DNA of 64,000 nucleotides, taken from assembly GCA_951406725.2 (NCBI GenBank), contig OX597823.1, positions 65,286,001 through 65,350,000 on the forward strand. Direction: 5' to 3'. Under the pieces are notes generated by a model. That model worked only from the letters and a program-made list of their open reading frames with translations, was not told the origin of the DNA and did not search any database. Numbering within the stretch: position 1 is the stretch's first letter; each line of letters starts with the position of its first letter. The translations under genes were made by a program, and so were the position numbers. Positions 28,601-41,891 of the stretch are shown here, in pieces. The stretch is from Octopus vulgaris (lineage: Eukaryota).

Positions 28601-29300
28601 TTCTACTTACTGAAACTGAACTATGTTAAAATCTACTATTCTTCTATAGTCACTTTCTAAACTAGCTCATAATTCTCCTCTTTGCTCCACCTATTAACGG
28701 CGGCTTCCCTTTTATCGCGCATTAAGTGTTTTTCCTTTTATTATATATATTAAATATAATATTGTAACTAAAAAAAACATTTTCTTTTTCTATGTAAAGA
28801 CTACAACTACAATAAACATTAAGTTTATCAACGATATAGCTCTCATGTTTTGAATATCTTCGTAATTTCTACAATTCATTAATGATGCAACCAACGTTCA
28901 TTCAATCTATTGATAGAACACTTCTGATTGTCAAATTCACTAAAGTTTTACATTTACTACTGATTCTTTATTGCATATTTCCTGAACACTAAATATCTAT
29001 GACACTAATCCAGTATGGTTCCATTTAAATAATATTTAAAATAGTTTACAGATTCTAGCAATCGTTATCAACTTGTCTTTATTTCTTAGACATTTAATGA
29101 AACATCTACTATAAACACATGTAAACATTAATATATTTTTCTAAATTTTTCTTAAATCATTTTATATCTTGTACTCTCCGGATCATAGTTTGCTTCCATG
29201 ATAGCTGAAGGCGATGTTATACCAATGAACACTTTGTATTTCTTTTGAAATATGGAGCTCTTGTGACAAGTAATAAATTATTAAACCACTTCTAGGAAGA
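25700..29300 (-). pseudogene. Decayed ankyrin-repeat pseudogene, interrupted by SINEs
   Basis: Minus-strand peptides NNCDLVKHLVLKG/ADV (~27100), CARRLIY*YGALVNY (~27310), IEIVNCK*LLSLRA (~27790), RDKGKPPLIGGA (~28700) and KPPLVGG (~26850). Microsatellite-free; boundaries approximate. Confidence 0.45.
28090..28500 (-). mobile_element. Two old SINE family A-like copies in tandem
   Basis: Both contain decayed ggatgaaaggcaaagtcgacctcggcggaatttgaac...gctaacg-ttctgccagc motifs. Confidence 0.6.
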
Positions 29301-30206
29301 GCTTTATTTTCTTTAGTTTCATTTCTTTAATCTATAAATGCTACTTTTAATTTTATATTTGGTAAAAGTATTTATATTCTAAGAGGTTGTGAATGTTACA
29401 TAAGATATATGATCTGATTTGGGAATTTTGTGTAAAGTATGCCTCGCTTTTTAATGAGATTGTTCAATGATGTTTAAGCTAAGACAAGGAAATATGGAAT
29501 ATGGTACTTTGAGTGAGTTTCTCCTGAAAATTTAGTGGTGTTTGAATATAACTAGGAGGCGTTTTGCTTTAAGTATAAAAGAGGTTTCGTTACTGGTATC
29601 GTTACAGAGAAATAAAGGGAGATTGATGAAAGATTGATATATGGTTTAATGTTGCTGTTGCTATCCGTTTTTGTGCAATGCATATAGATTTAAAAACCCG
29701 TTGGTTTTAAAACGTTCGTGCATGTATTAGCATTTCAGTTCTAAAAAACTTCATTGTGGGGCGTCGGGAGGCTACAATATATATATATATATATTTATTG
29801 CAGGGTTTTGCTTGGGTTTTTCTCAGAGTAATAATGGGTGTAATTTGTTAAGTATGAATAGTGCAATCAGGTCACTTTCACCAGCTAAGTTCACTGTGTG
29901 TATGTTAAGAGCGAAGAGATACGGGCAGTTATACAACATGTCATTGTTGTAGGAAAGAAAGATTTTCTGGGAGTTGAAGTTCATAAAGTATTATTTCAGG
30001 ATTTCAGGCTTAAGAATAACAAGATTAAATGCTTCTTATCAGCAAATATACATATATAATCAGAAATAAACTGAATTTATCCTACCAGGTGCGACGAAAA
30101 GAACCACTCACTTATGACGATGAATCAGTGGAACGGAAGAGTGTCGGGAAGAATGCTTTGTGGTATATTTACCAGCTCTTTACATATATATATATATATA
30201 TATATG

Positions 30207-30250
<44 letters not shown>

Positions 30251-30267
30251 TATAGATAGATAGATAT

Positions 30268-30771
30268 GTTTCTTTATTAGCCACACAGGGCTGCACACAG
30301 ACAGAACAAATTACAAGGTAGAGCTTTTCTTTAGGGGGTAAAAAAGGGGGTTGGTTTTCGATCAAAAGGGATCGTAAAAGGAAAGAAAGAGGACAAAAAA
30401 AGGGGAGGATTTAAAAAAATGGGGAGGAGGAAAAAAAAAGAAAAGGGGAAAGGAAAAAAAATTGATCAATAGGGATCGTAATCACAGAAATGTCAATATG
30501 AAGTGTATAGGGGAGGACAGGTGAGGTTTACCCGTGGAAAGAAAAGCCTACGGAAAAGACCACGGTAACCTCGGTCAATGAAGTCACATGTTATATTTCT
30601 TCTTTTTTTTTGCAAATAAGCAACTCTCTGTATTAATTTTTACGTTTCATAGAATCATAGTCAAGGTGGCTTCGTCATTCATACGTGCCATCCTTGCTAC
30701 ATTCACCCATCTTTTTTTAAAACATTCACTAGACAAAACTTGCCTCTCTACTCTCACTTTCCTCCTCAAGT
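30268..30771 (-). mobile_element. 5'-truncated Tx1/L1-like LINE (ORF2 C-terminus plus 3' UTR) in (GATA)n
   Basis: Peptide HLRRKVRVERQVLSSECFKKRWVNVARM...* resembles Tx1/L1 ORF2 ends (F..W). The 3' UTR is shared with 21433-21826; (GATA)n on both sides. Confidence 0.7.
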
Positions 30772-30827
<56 letters not shown>

Positions 30828-31563
30828 CACACACGCAAGTACATATGTATGTGTTTGTGTGTGTGTGTTTAAAGAGAGGAAGGGAGAATGAGGGAGAGCT
30901 AGATTAGTGTCTATATTGTCTGTATTGTCTATATTGACTGAAACTATGCAATGCCCCATGCAGTGTAGAACAATACGTTGCGAGTTTAATATCGTTTCAT
31001 ATTTCAACGAACAGCTCTAACCGCATTCAGTGAGCAAAGTCGGTAACAGAATATAAACGGCTGGAGCTAAAATAAACTAACGATTCCATCTTTTGGAATA
31101 CATGCCCTATATCAGCAGTTTAGCCTAATATTTCAATCAATAAATGTTTATGTCCAATCTGCTGGATTTTTCTTCTCCTCAGAGAATTTTAATATGCTTT
31201 GTTGTGTTGTTGCTTGCTCTTGTTTATAATTTAATTTTTTTTATTGTTCTACTCGTAAATGTTGTGGTTTATTTATTGCAGTTCAGATTTTATAGCAAAG
31301 CGTATACCGATTGTTTTAAGAAACTATTGTTGGTGATATTATTGTTAGTTTTGTTGAGGACCAGATTCCTTTTGACTGAGCAGACGTATTATCAAAGCCA
31401 TACCAGCTAATAGATATGTCTGTCCTTCCTCCTCGTCTCATCAAGAACTAAGTTATCCAATGTTGTCCGCCGTTTCTAAGAGAGTGAGATATTATTTGAG
31501 AGCGACATAGACGTTATTTCATCTTCTTCTTCTACTATTACAACTACTACTACTACTACTAGT

Positions 31564-31599
<36 letters not shown>

Positions 31600-32413
31600 A
31601 CTGTTGCTGCTACTGCTGCTGCTACTGCTGCTGCTACAGTTAGTAGAGTATTAATAGTATAAGGATAATTGGTGATTATGATATTGATGATTTCATAATA
31701 TACATAAAAATCATTGCAAACAAGTATATAGTATTTTACATCCAATCAATCATCTATTCTCCCTATAGGACTTTCTTCGCTAATTATGTCGAATTTAATT
31801 CACACGTATGATTCGCCATCTGTCTCTCGATGTATCAAAGAGAAAACCCCAGAGACGAGTTACTGAACTTACAAAGGTTACTAAATGGCTATCGAGCCAG
31901 TGTTGTAGGTTTCACAAACTTCTGCTGTATAATATTTACCGATAGTCTAGGTTGTATTGCAGGTTCTTACAACATAAATAAATATTGTATGTACTGGAAT
32001 GGACAGAAAATCTTGTGTTTCACAAATAAATATGAATCTGTTGTAAATATCCAAAATGTCCTAAATTTATAATAAGCTGTTGAAAAAAGGAAAGAAACAT
32101 ATGTATATAGCTTATATTTCATCATCATCAACAACAAAGTTTCCTGAATTTATTTGTCTACTAATTATCGTGTTATTGTAACTTCTAGTATTAGATTTAT
32201 GCAAAATATATATTTCATAATTTTAAAGTCAATTTTAAAGTTGATTTCAAAAGTCACTTACATTATCGTTAATTCTGAAAAAAAAAGTTCATAAATATCG
32301 ATAATTATGATTCTTTCCTGCCAATTGTGTATATATTAACGAGTTTATTATTGCATATTATTGTATTCATGCACTAAAAGTTTCACAATTATAACTATAT
32401 AAGTACGTACATT

Positions 32414-32492
<79 letters not shown>

Positions 32493-32554
32493 GTATATAT
32501 GTATGTATGTATATATATTAATATACAAAATGTAAGTATATTATACTCGGTCAC

Positions 32555-32795
32555 TATATTGACGACTATATCGGTGCGACCTCACTATCCCGCGAACATT
32601 TAGACTCCTTCCTCTCTTTTGTCAAATCTTTCCATCCCCTATTCCCAATTCCTCCGTCTACGCATGCTCTGTGGTGACGACGATGAGTTTGAGACTCAGT
32701 CTCAACTCAGGGCTCGCCACTTCATCTTACGTGGATATCCCCTCACAACTATCTACACCGACCTTGCCAGAGCAGGTTCCGTAGACCGTGCATCT
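32555..32795 (+). mobile_element. Penelope-like element RT fragment, internally deleted
   Basis: YIDDYIG catalytic motif followed by SIPYSQFLRLRMLC...HFILRGYP, the PLE RT thumb signature. Confidence 0.85.
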
Positions 32796-33980
32796 GTTTT
32801 TGTCTACACCAACTGTCTTCGTCTTTTCTTTTGTGAATTCTGCACCTACATAAAATAAATACTGGCTGCAATAAGTGGAATACGTCCAGTTACAACATAT
32901 TCGTATTTGACCATTCCAGTACCAGTTCTTATTTCAGACCTGTACATGTTGTATTAATCTCTGTTTAATGAATGATTAAGGTATAGTTTGGTGCAAAATG
33001 GAAGCTACTAATGCAAAGGCTTACGGTGGTATATGATCATACTCATACACATATACACTAATATAAATCAACATATAGAACATTTAATCAAGATTGCATT
33101 ACAGAACTTCTACGCACAGACACTAACTCACTCACAACGAAACGCAAACAGATTCACACACATACACGCAGACACATACACTCACCATTGTTCTGAAATG
33201 ATACATGATAATTATGAATAAAATGTCTTCCAATAAAGCGAATAACTGAGCAAAGAGCGGAACGTTGGCAGAAAAAATTCATAAATTTCTGTATTAACGT
33301 TTTTCCATTTCCATTGCGATATATAAAAAAAATTTTAAAAATTATAACTGACTTTTGAAAACGAGTCTAAAAGTGAGTTTTGTAATTGAAAAACAAAAAA
33401 CATGTCCATAAACTAATAAATAAGGTAAGTTTTAGACATGATAAATGCAAGGAATATTATGATAATCTCGAGTATATACAAGCTCTAAGGAATCATATAT
33501 TTACTTAATACTTTTATTTCTTTTACGTCTCACTCTGAATTTAGTATATCTACTCTGCAATAAATTGTTCTTTGTTAACGCAGCACAATATAGAAAATGC
33601 AACTTCATTATAAGTAGATCGAATGTTATGCGAAAGTAGGTGAAACATTCGGCATTGTATGTAGAACATTTACGATTGCCATAAATTCTTGTGCCTTTTC
33701 TTTTCTGGTCATAAAGAATATGCTTGGTGACAAAGTGACAAAACTCTTCGCAACGTGTGGAAGACACATTTCGTGAACTGGTTTGCATGAAGAAGAGAAA
33801 AGTGATGTAGTATTCCTTGAAAGTGATGTAGTATTTCTTCTGTTTTTTAAACATATTTATTTATGACAGCGGCATCATTAATACAGAGAGGTAATATTTA
33901 TCTCAACGTAAATGTGGCTCTTCTGTTAGAACAAACTATTCTGTAGTAGTTGCTATGAGATCAACTCGCATTGTCTTTTG

Positions 33981-34024
<44 letters not shown>

Positions 34025-34050
34025 TTATTTTTTTATTTTATATTATTATT

Positions 34051-34934
34051 AATATTAGAAAATTCTTCAGAAAGATATATAAATATGTAAAATAATTGTT
34101 GTTAAAAATATAAATATACATAAATATATGTAAAAATTTATAAGTATAAATATATAATGTATATGACAGTTTAAAAGTTTTGAATTAAATTTTAGACCAT
34201 CTTACGATCGTTTCAGAGAGTGCTGTCCATATAATGAAATCGTATATTGATAAGCATTTATAGACAACTCTTCTGCTCTTCAGAGATATAAAATTTAAAT
34301 TATGTATAATATATCGAATGGTAGTTTTTATAAATATGAAGTAATACTATAAAATGGTTTTTGGTTGAAATATGAATTAGAAATTAAAAATTTAAGATTA
34401 CTGCTTTTGATTTTGGTAGATACACTTTAGTATGAGAGTCTTTAAATCCATATATGGATTCATAGATGCATTTAAATCCATATATGTAATAATCCATAAC
34501 AGTTATGTGTAAAATACAATATATTGTCCTGTATTCCAAATATAGTTCATAGACTTAGATAATATAGAAAAATGGAACCTTATATTGATAAGCATTTGTA
34601 GATAACTCTTCTGCTCTTCAGTAATATCAAATTTGAAATTTGTATAATTTCACGAATAGTAGTTTTTAAAAAAGTTATGAAGTCATATGGGAAAATGGTG
34701 TTTGTTAGAAATATAAATTAAAAATTAAAAGTACACTCTTACAGCATTAAAGCATTAAATAAATTACTTACCATCGTAAGATGCCCCAAAACCCTAATTC
34801 AAAACTTTTAAAACTGTCATTTACATTATATATTTATACTCATACATTTTTACATATATTTATATATATTTATATTTTTAACTCCACAATATTTTTACAT
34901 ACGTATATATATTTCTGAAGAATTTTCTAATATT
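34051..34934. mobile_element. PLE pseudo-LTR-like structure with inverted and direct repeats
   Basis: Inverted arms of about 160 bp (34051-34210 and 34773-34934), a direct repeat of about 150 bp (34243-34390 and 34581-34730), and a hammerhead motif at the junction. Confidence 0.65.
34199..34287 (-). ncRNA. Type I hammerhead ribozyme motif with long stem II
   Basis: Minus strand: ATCT-CTGAAGA-[gcagaagagttgtc...gacagcactctct]-GAAA-CGATCG-TA-AGAT. Palindromic stem III and a GUA site. Confidence 0.65.
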
Positions 34935-35169
34935 GATTTCCTGATATATATTATAATATAATATAAACTATTTATTGATAATAATATATTATAAAATATA
35001 TATTAATGATAATATATCATAAAATATATATTAATAATAATATATTATAAAATATATATAATTGCTAGTATTAAATATATAAATACTTTAATAGTATTAA
35101 TACTTTGATACAATAGAGCACTCAATATAAATTCAGTTTATAATATTCTCATTGAATATATTTAACTAA

Positions 35170-35222
<53 letters not shown>

Positions 35223-35568
35223 AATTCGAGTGAAAAACAGAGAGAGGGAAAGAGAGAGGGAGAGACAGAGACAGAAGAAAATATATTAATAACTTTTCCG
35301 AACTTTTCTGTTTTGCTGGATGTCAGATGAAATATGCCCATCTACTATACAATTATCACATTCTTAACGGTTTTACCTGAACCTGCGTCGTAGTCACTTT
35401 TAATTCTATGCCAAATTCCTTCCTGCCATGGCTATTACATTGAAGTTAAGATATATTAGTGTTTATTGATATGTGAAGAAAATGCAAGCATTAAAAAAAG
35501 ACAATCCAGGAAGAACAAATTTTGACAAAAGAATGTCATTTGTTTAATGCTTTAATGCTGAAAGAGTG
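34734..35568. mobile_element. TA-flanked MITE-like element
   Basis: tacactcttacagcattaaagcattaaataaat (34732-34764) is the reverse complement of 35538-35570 with 2 mismatches; TA at both ends. Confidence 0.6.
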
Positions 35569-36260
35569 TATCGTATTCATTTGGATTTTAATTTTGGATC
35601 AGAGAAAGATAAAGAATAGCAGAGGGATAGAATGGGAAAGAGAAAGAGGGAGATTCAGAGAGAGTGAGAAATAACCAGCGTATAAAATTGGGAATAAGGA
35701 TATGGATATAGGAAAAAGGCGAAAGATTAGGAGCCAAGTAAGAATACTGTTCTATGTGGGAGTAAATACGTAAGTAAATGGAGTATGCCATGCACATGAC
35801 GAAGAGTATATCTCTCTGCAAGCAAGAACGTGGGGTATGCTTTGTGCGCTAGTTTAATGCATGTATGTGTACATGTGTATGTAAGTGTGGAAGTATCAAC
35901 GCGATAGTTTGTGGGGTGGTGGTATCAGTGTGTATAATCTTTAGGTAGATTGAGTGAATGAATGTCTTGAGGTGAGAGTGTGGTTGGCCGTGTGATGAAG
36001 CATACGATATGGCAAAAGATAGGTAGAAAGTGTTATTGATATTTGTGCAAGAGTATAACATACGTCATATGTGTAAATCTGTATGTATATGTATATATAT
36101 ACACTCCCAAGCACACACACACGCACTAACACTCGCACACACACATATATGTATGTATAATGGGAGAGAGAGAATATGCAGATGCAGGCACTTTTGCATA
36201 TATAGATATGTGTGTAATGAGATAATTCATAAAATAATAATAATAATAATAATAATAATA

Positions 36261-36505
36261 GATCACGAGCAGAAGTAGTGGGGGAGCATCATGGCCATGT
36301 GTTGAGAGGGATTCTTTGGGGTTTGAATAATTCATCTCTGGAAACATAGGTGTTTCGTTCAACATCCTAAAGCAACCCTTATTCAGGGAAATTTTGAGCA
36401 GGATGGGCTTTCAACCTGAAGAAAATTCTAACTGGGCTCCACCTGCAAGGTCATGTGCTGTTTATCTTGATATGAGATCACCATGTCGGGTGATGGTTGT
36501 GAAAA
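36261..36505 (+). mobile_element. Fragment of (AAT)n-tailed retroposon
   Basis: Near-identical to the part of the 36715-37141 copy starting at ~36789; begins directly after (AAT)n. Confidence 0.75.
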
Positions 36506-36607
36506 CAGACACACAGAAACACGCACAGACAAACTGCCGTTTATATATAGAGAGATATGCAGGCACTTTTGTATATATAGATATGTGTGTAATGAGATAA
36601 TTCATAA

Positions 36608-36654
<47 letters not shown>

Positions 36655-36714
36655 TGTCATAGGTGCCCTGGGAATGATAAAAGATGAGCTGATTGCTATT
36701 CTGCTCAATACCAC

Positions 36715-37141
36715 AGATTTGCTTGTCAGTTGTTTGACCTTAACCAGTTGAGTATGTCCCTTAGTGGCTGACGATATGTGCATCTCTCATCACGAGCAGA
36801 AGTAGTGGTGGAGCATCATAGCCATGTGTTGAGAGGGATTCTTTGGGGTTTGAATAGTTCACCTCTGGAAACATGGGTGGTTCTTTCAACATCCTTAAAC
36901 AACCCTTATTCAGGGACCGTTTGAGCGGGATGGGCTACTCAACCTGAAGAAAATTCTAACTGGGCCCCACCTGCAAGGTCATGTGCTGTTTATCTTGATA
37001 TGAGATCACCATGTCGCGCACATATGGTTGTGATGCATGTGCCTGGTGTACCTTTATCAGACGGGTAGTCATGATGGGTATATTGGGCTTCGTATATTTT
37101 ACCCCAGTGTCACTTTGATGGCATGAACTGCTCTCTCACTC
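36715..37141 (+). mobile_element. (AAT)n-tailed non-coding retroposon (LINE 3' UTR or SINE-like)
   Basis: Ends ...gatggcatgaactgctctctcactc(AAT)n. Other copies at 36261-36505, 38792-38865 (-) and 41597-41891. Confidence 0.75.
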
Positions 37142-37170
<29 letters not shown>

Positions 37171-37172
<2 letters not shown>

Positions 37173-37510
37173 TCATAGGTGCCCTGGGAATGATAGCGAA
37201 AGGGGCTGATTGCTACCTAACTCAGATACGAGGAAACCCCAAAATGGCAGAAATTCAAAAGATAGTGCCCATGGGAACTGCTCATATCCTACGCAAAATA
37301 CTCTCTATGTAATCCCAAGGTTTAAAGCAAACTTTTTTTCTTTTTTTTTAAATTTATGTATTAGACATTCACTAGTACAACACCAAAAAAACCCCAAATA
37401 TATGGCACACTAGGCATAACAACAACGTGAACTTCCAACCTGTTATCTCTTGAGGTCTCTGGGTGAGACTTGGAGCCAACTTGTACAGACGTAAAGCAAA
37501 AGTCAAACAT
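37171..37510 (+). mobile_element. R4/Dong-like non-LTR 3' fragment in (TAA)n
   Basis: VIGALGMIAKGADCYLTQIRGNPKMAEIQKIVPMGTAHILRKILSM* matches the C-terminus of restriction-like-endonuclease LINEs. Followed by 3' UTR and (AAT)n. Confidence 0.8.
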
Positions 37511-37559
37511 AGAATAATAATAATAATAATGATAATAATAATAATAAAAATAAAAATAA

Positions 37560-37908
37560 TACTATGCTTTCTAATTGATGTATCAATACCACCAGATGAC
37601 GACGTTTCTCTAAAAGAAATGGAGAAACTTTCAATATACAAAGACCTGGAAATAGAGGTATCTCGAATGTGGAATCCCAAAATAGGTATGATAAAAAAAT
37701 ATTCAGACAAATACATAACAAAAACACCATGACTTACAAATATATATAACATACAGAAAATTGCACTACTGGGCACTGCAAACAACCTACGCAAAACACT
37801 CTCAATACAGTAACCATAAGAGCATCATAGCAAACCACATACCCAAGGCACACAGAGTTGCGCTCGGTAGGGAAGTGAAAGCACGCTATGAAAAAAAAAA
37901 CTACTGAA
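37560..37908 (+). mobile_element. Second R4/Dong-like 3' fragment with REL endonuclease motif
   Basis: CFLIDVSIPPDDDVSLKEMEKLSIYKDLEIEVSRMW...IQKIALLGTANNLRKTL, a PD-(D/E)xK-type endonuclease region. Flanked by (AAT)n. Confidence 0.85.
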
Positions 37909-38737
37909 TAATGATAATAATAATAATAACAATAATAATAATTATATTAATGATAATAATAATAATAATAATAATAATGATAATAATAATAATAAAAACA
38001 CTACATTTATCTTTTGGCTTCTGCCAGTTTAAACATTCAGTGAGAAAATGACAGAAATCATGTTTTGTATGTTAATCCTCAACAATAATTTATAGTTATC
38101 AGTATGCGAATACTAATTTAATATCAAGCGGGCACCCGACCCGCAACGGATCAGTTTTCTTCTTTGTTTTAAAGTTTTGAGCCCACAGTTGGTTAATACC
38201 AGGTCGTATTAAAATACGTATCCAGGAATTAATAGGTAAGAGATATATGGATACGTGTATGTAATGTATATATGTATCTAAATACTTGGATGTGCAATTT
38301 TGTATCGATTTCTGTATGTAGATATGAACATATGTATGTAGGTCAATGCATACATAAATGTCAACATATATATGTCGAGTACGAGAGCAGATTTGTTTTT
38401 ATCACTCTAATTCTCAGCGTCTCACTAATTAGAGTTCTTTTGTGGACCATTTAAAACCTACTCCTAATTTCTAGTTGAACGTGACTAAACAAATATGTAG
38501 AAGAGAAACATTTTGTATATCAAAATATACTATGCATGAATATGCCTCCCATAACTTCGTGTATGGTGCAAGCGTTACAGTGAAATGTGGCCTCTCTTGG
38601 ACTTCTAACTGTTACTATACATTACAACTCAGGAACAAGAGAATGCTTCGAAATACATATAAACGACAGATACAGCGAATAAATTCAAGCCCCAATATAC
38701 AATCGGAAACATCCATTTGTTTCATTTCTCTAGAAGA

Positions 38738-38777
<40 letters not shown>

Positions 38778-38791
38778 ATTATTATTATTAT

Positions 38792-38865
38792 TGAGTGAGA
38801 GAGCAGTGCATGCCATCAAAGTGACACTGGGGAAAATATACGAAGCCCATTATACTCATCATGAC
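38792..38865 (-). mobile_element. Short 3' end of (AAT)n-tailed retroposon
   Basis: (TTA)n-gagtgagagagcagtgcatgccatcaaagtgacactgggg... is the reverse complement of the end of the 36715-37141 copy. Confidence 0.8.
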
Positions 38866-39095
38866 TTAATGTTCTTTCTTATGCTTTCGAGGTGTCGATG
38901 ATATAAGTACCAATTCTAGCACTCAATATTGGTCTTGAGCCTAAATCCTGAGTTTCGGAGTCTTTAAAATAAAATACTAATCAAGTACCGAGGTCGATAA
39001 TATCGACTAATCCATCCCCTCAAAATTGCCATACATAATTTGAAACAATCACCATCATCGTCGTCATCGTCGTCGTCATCATCATCATCATCGTG

Positions 39096-39162
<67 letters not shown>

Positions 39163-39789
39163 CTTCATTAGTTTCGCAGCAATGCGGGTTGAAATGCTAT
39201 TTTCTAGTAATATTTGACTAGGAACAAAAAATTCTGCTCATAATTTATTACTTTTCCTCTAGATAAGTCTAAAGAAAAAGAAAGATCAATTTTCTTCTTT
39301 GCTTAATTTTTTTTTGCAGAAAATATGAAAAATGAAACTGAAAGGAAATCGATTCTAATTTTATTTTAGTTTTATTTATTTACGTTTTGATTTCTCATAG
39401 AAAATGTTTTAAAAACTTACTCTTTTCTATTTCCTCTATTCGGAAAACGAAATAAAAAGTCAACAACAAAAAGCGACAAAGAATTATGCATGTGTGTGTG
39501 TTTGAGTATGTATGTGTATGTGTGTGTATATTTTTTTATTTGTCAAATGAAAAATATTTCAGTGAATATTAAAATAATTATATAGTGAACACATAGGATA
39601 GGTAGATGTAATAAGGCACTGTTGTGAAACTTTTCGTTCAGAATCAACAGTATTTTGAATTATTGCTGGAGTCTAGTTGCTAGGTAGAGAGCAGAAATTA
39701 CGTACCCTCTCTCTCTTTCCCACCCATATACAAACACAAATACATATTCGCTGTGTGTGTATATATATACGTCTAAATATCTTCCTACT

Positions 39790-40169
<380 letters not shown>

Positions 40170-40612
40170 ATTGTACGCACGCAGATGCACATATGTATTT
40201 ACGTTATATTGTATTTGCGTTTTTGCATACTCATATAATACCGCATCATCAAGTCGAATGATTTTTGTTAAGTTTAAGGCAGTATAAAACCTATAATCAC
40301 CGTGATTAAGTAAAAAATCAGAAAGTAAACCAACTCTGAACTTAACGTACTTTCCCATGTATATATTATTGTACGATATAAATTGTGTGTGCATTATGTG
40401 AAAAGTATCGAATAAACTCGCCAATAAACCTAGCAAACTAAGTATTATAGATTGCAATAAAAAAAATGTTTACTTTGTATAATTTTATTTTTCATTTGAT
40501 TATAAATTTACATTATTTGATTTCAGATTCTGAATTTTCACTTTTATTTTAAAGATTATGCCTAACTAAAAATGTAAAACGACATATATCTATTTTGTCA
40601 TTTCTTTTTCAG

Positions 40613-40844
40613 CCTTGTGGAATTCAGCAATTTCTTAGAATTGTTTTTGGATGGTTGTCTTTTTGGTATTATGGACGAAGCAATGCGTCGAAAGTTCAAC
40701 ATCACAGCACCATCCCGTTTTATTGCACTCCCTCGAAAACCAGATTCTAACCATGAGAAGAATAGTGCCCATGGAGACAATCACCTGTGTGAGCACCCAA
40801 GTGACATGACATCAGTCAACCAGTGTCCAAATAATTTTAAATAA
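40613..40844 (+). CDS. Probable terminal exon of a rhodopsin-like GPCR (TM7, helix 8, C-tail)
   Basis: Strong acceptor tttgtcatttctttttcAG (40611-40612), then LVEFSNFLELFLDGCLFGIMDEAMRRKFNITAPSRF...NNFK*. The pattern fits TM7 (D/N)PxxY-G-x-x-N-x-x-(F/M)RxxF. An AT-rich UTR with AATAAA follows. Upstream exons were not identified. Confidence 0.55.
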
Positions 40845-41596
40845 ACCAGTTTCTTAAGCATATATCTAAATCATGAACCAGCCGTTATAACTTGTTTATA
40901 TATTTTTCCTCTACAGGTTCTGTGGATTCATCTTTTTTAAATGTCATCATTGAACGCTGAATGTATGCATTTGTACCTTATTGTTGTAATTATTGACATT
41001 TGAAGTTCGGGATTTATTCGAGCAAAGTGATATATTATCTGATAAAAGAGGGAAAATAAATGTTATACTTTCTTGTAAATTTTTTTTTTATTATGAAACA
41101 ATGTTAACTTTGACTATATTAATTGGAAAAATTATAACAAACAAATCCCATTGCAGATTCTGGACATGATAATTCACATCTACAGAAACAGATTAACATT
41201 TAAGCAAGATAATACCTTTTCGTCTGAGCAAAAACAGAGATTTATGAATTTTGTCATTGCGACAGTTATCAAAAGTATGAAATTAGAAGTATGTCTTAGT
41301 AAACAAGAAGATGAGTATTGAATGATTTTCGAAAACAATACGTAGTTTTAATGATGTAAAAACAGTAGGAGCAAATAAAATAAAGGCTTCTTATGAGATT
41401 CAAATATCAATAGTTGAAATAATACTTGAAGATACACACATGATTAATAAATAGTTCGATTCAGGAATATATTAACCATTATCACATTATGTGTATTTAT
41501 AGGTATCCTATTCTATACAATAAAATAGTATACTTAGTTGCATAGAGTAAACATATTTCGATTACAGGCAATGTGCAAAAACATATTTTAAGCAGA

Positions 41597-41891
41597 CGTT
41601 GTGGGAGAGCATCAGAGCCATGTGCTGAGCTGGATGTTTGGGGGTTTGAATAATTCACTTTTGAAAACATGGGTGTTTCGTTCATCATCCTTAGACAGAT
41701 CTTATTCAGAGACCTTTTATCTGAAGAAAATAATAACTGGGCCCCAGCTGCAAGGTCATGCAGTATTCATCTTGATAGATCACTGTCGCCCACTTATGGT
41801 TGTGATGCACGTGCCTGGTGTACCCTTATCAGACGAGTAGTCATGATGAGTATATTGGGCTTCGTATATTTGCACACCATAGTTACTTTCA
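41597..41891 (+). mobile_element. Older copy of (AAT)n-tailed retroposon
   Basis: Aligns by eye with the 3' part of the 36715-37141 copy. Confidence 0.75.

Noticed and set aside
29350-30160. Possible further Penelope remnants (ERFKTNGF, FINLPFI; TGACGA motif near 30115)
   Set aside because: Too degenerate to support without a profile search.
31769-31866. Acceptor ctattctccctatAG followed by a 31-codon frame (LSSLIMSNL...ETSY*)
   Set aside because: Too short and no recognisable motif; cannot be supported without transcript data.
35320-35470. TM5-like peptide PIYYTIITFLTVLP as an upstream GPCR exon
   Set aside because: In-frame stops on both sides, no good splice sites, and it lies inside a TIR-bounded element.
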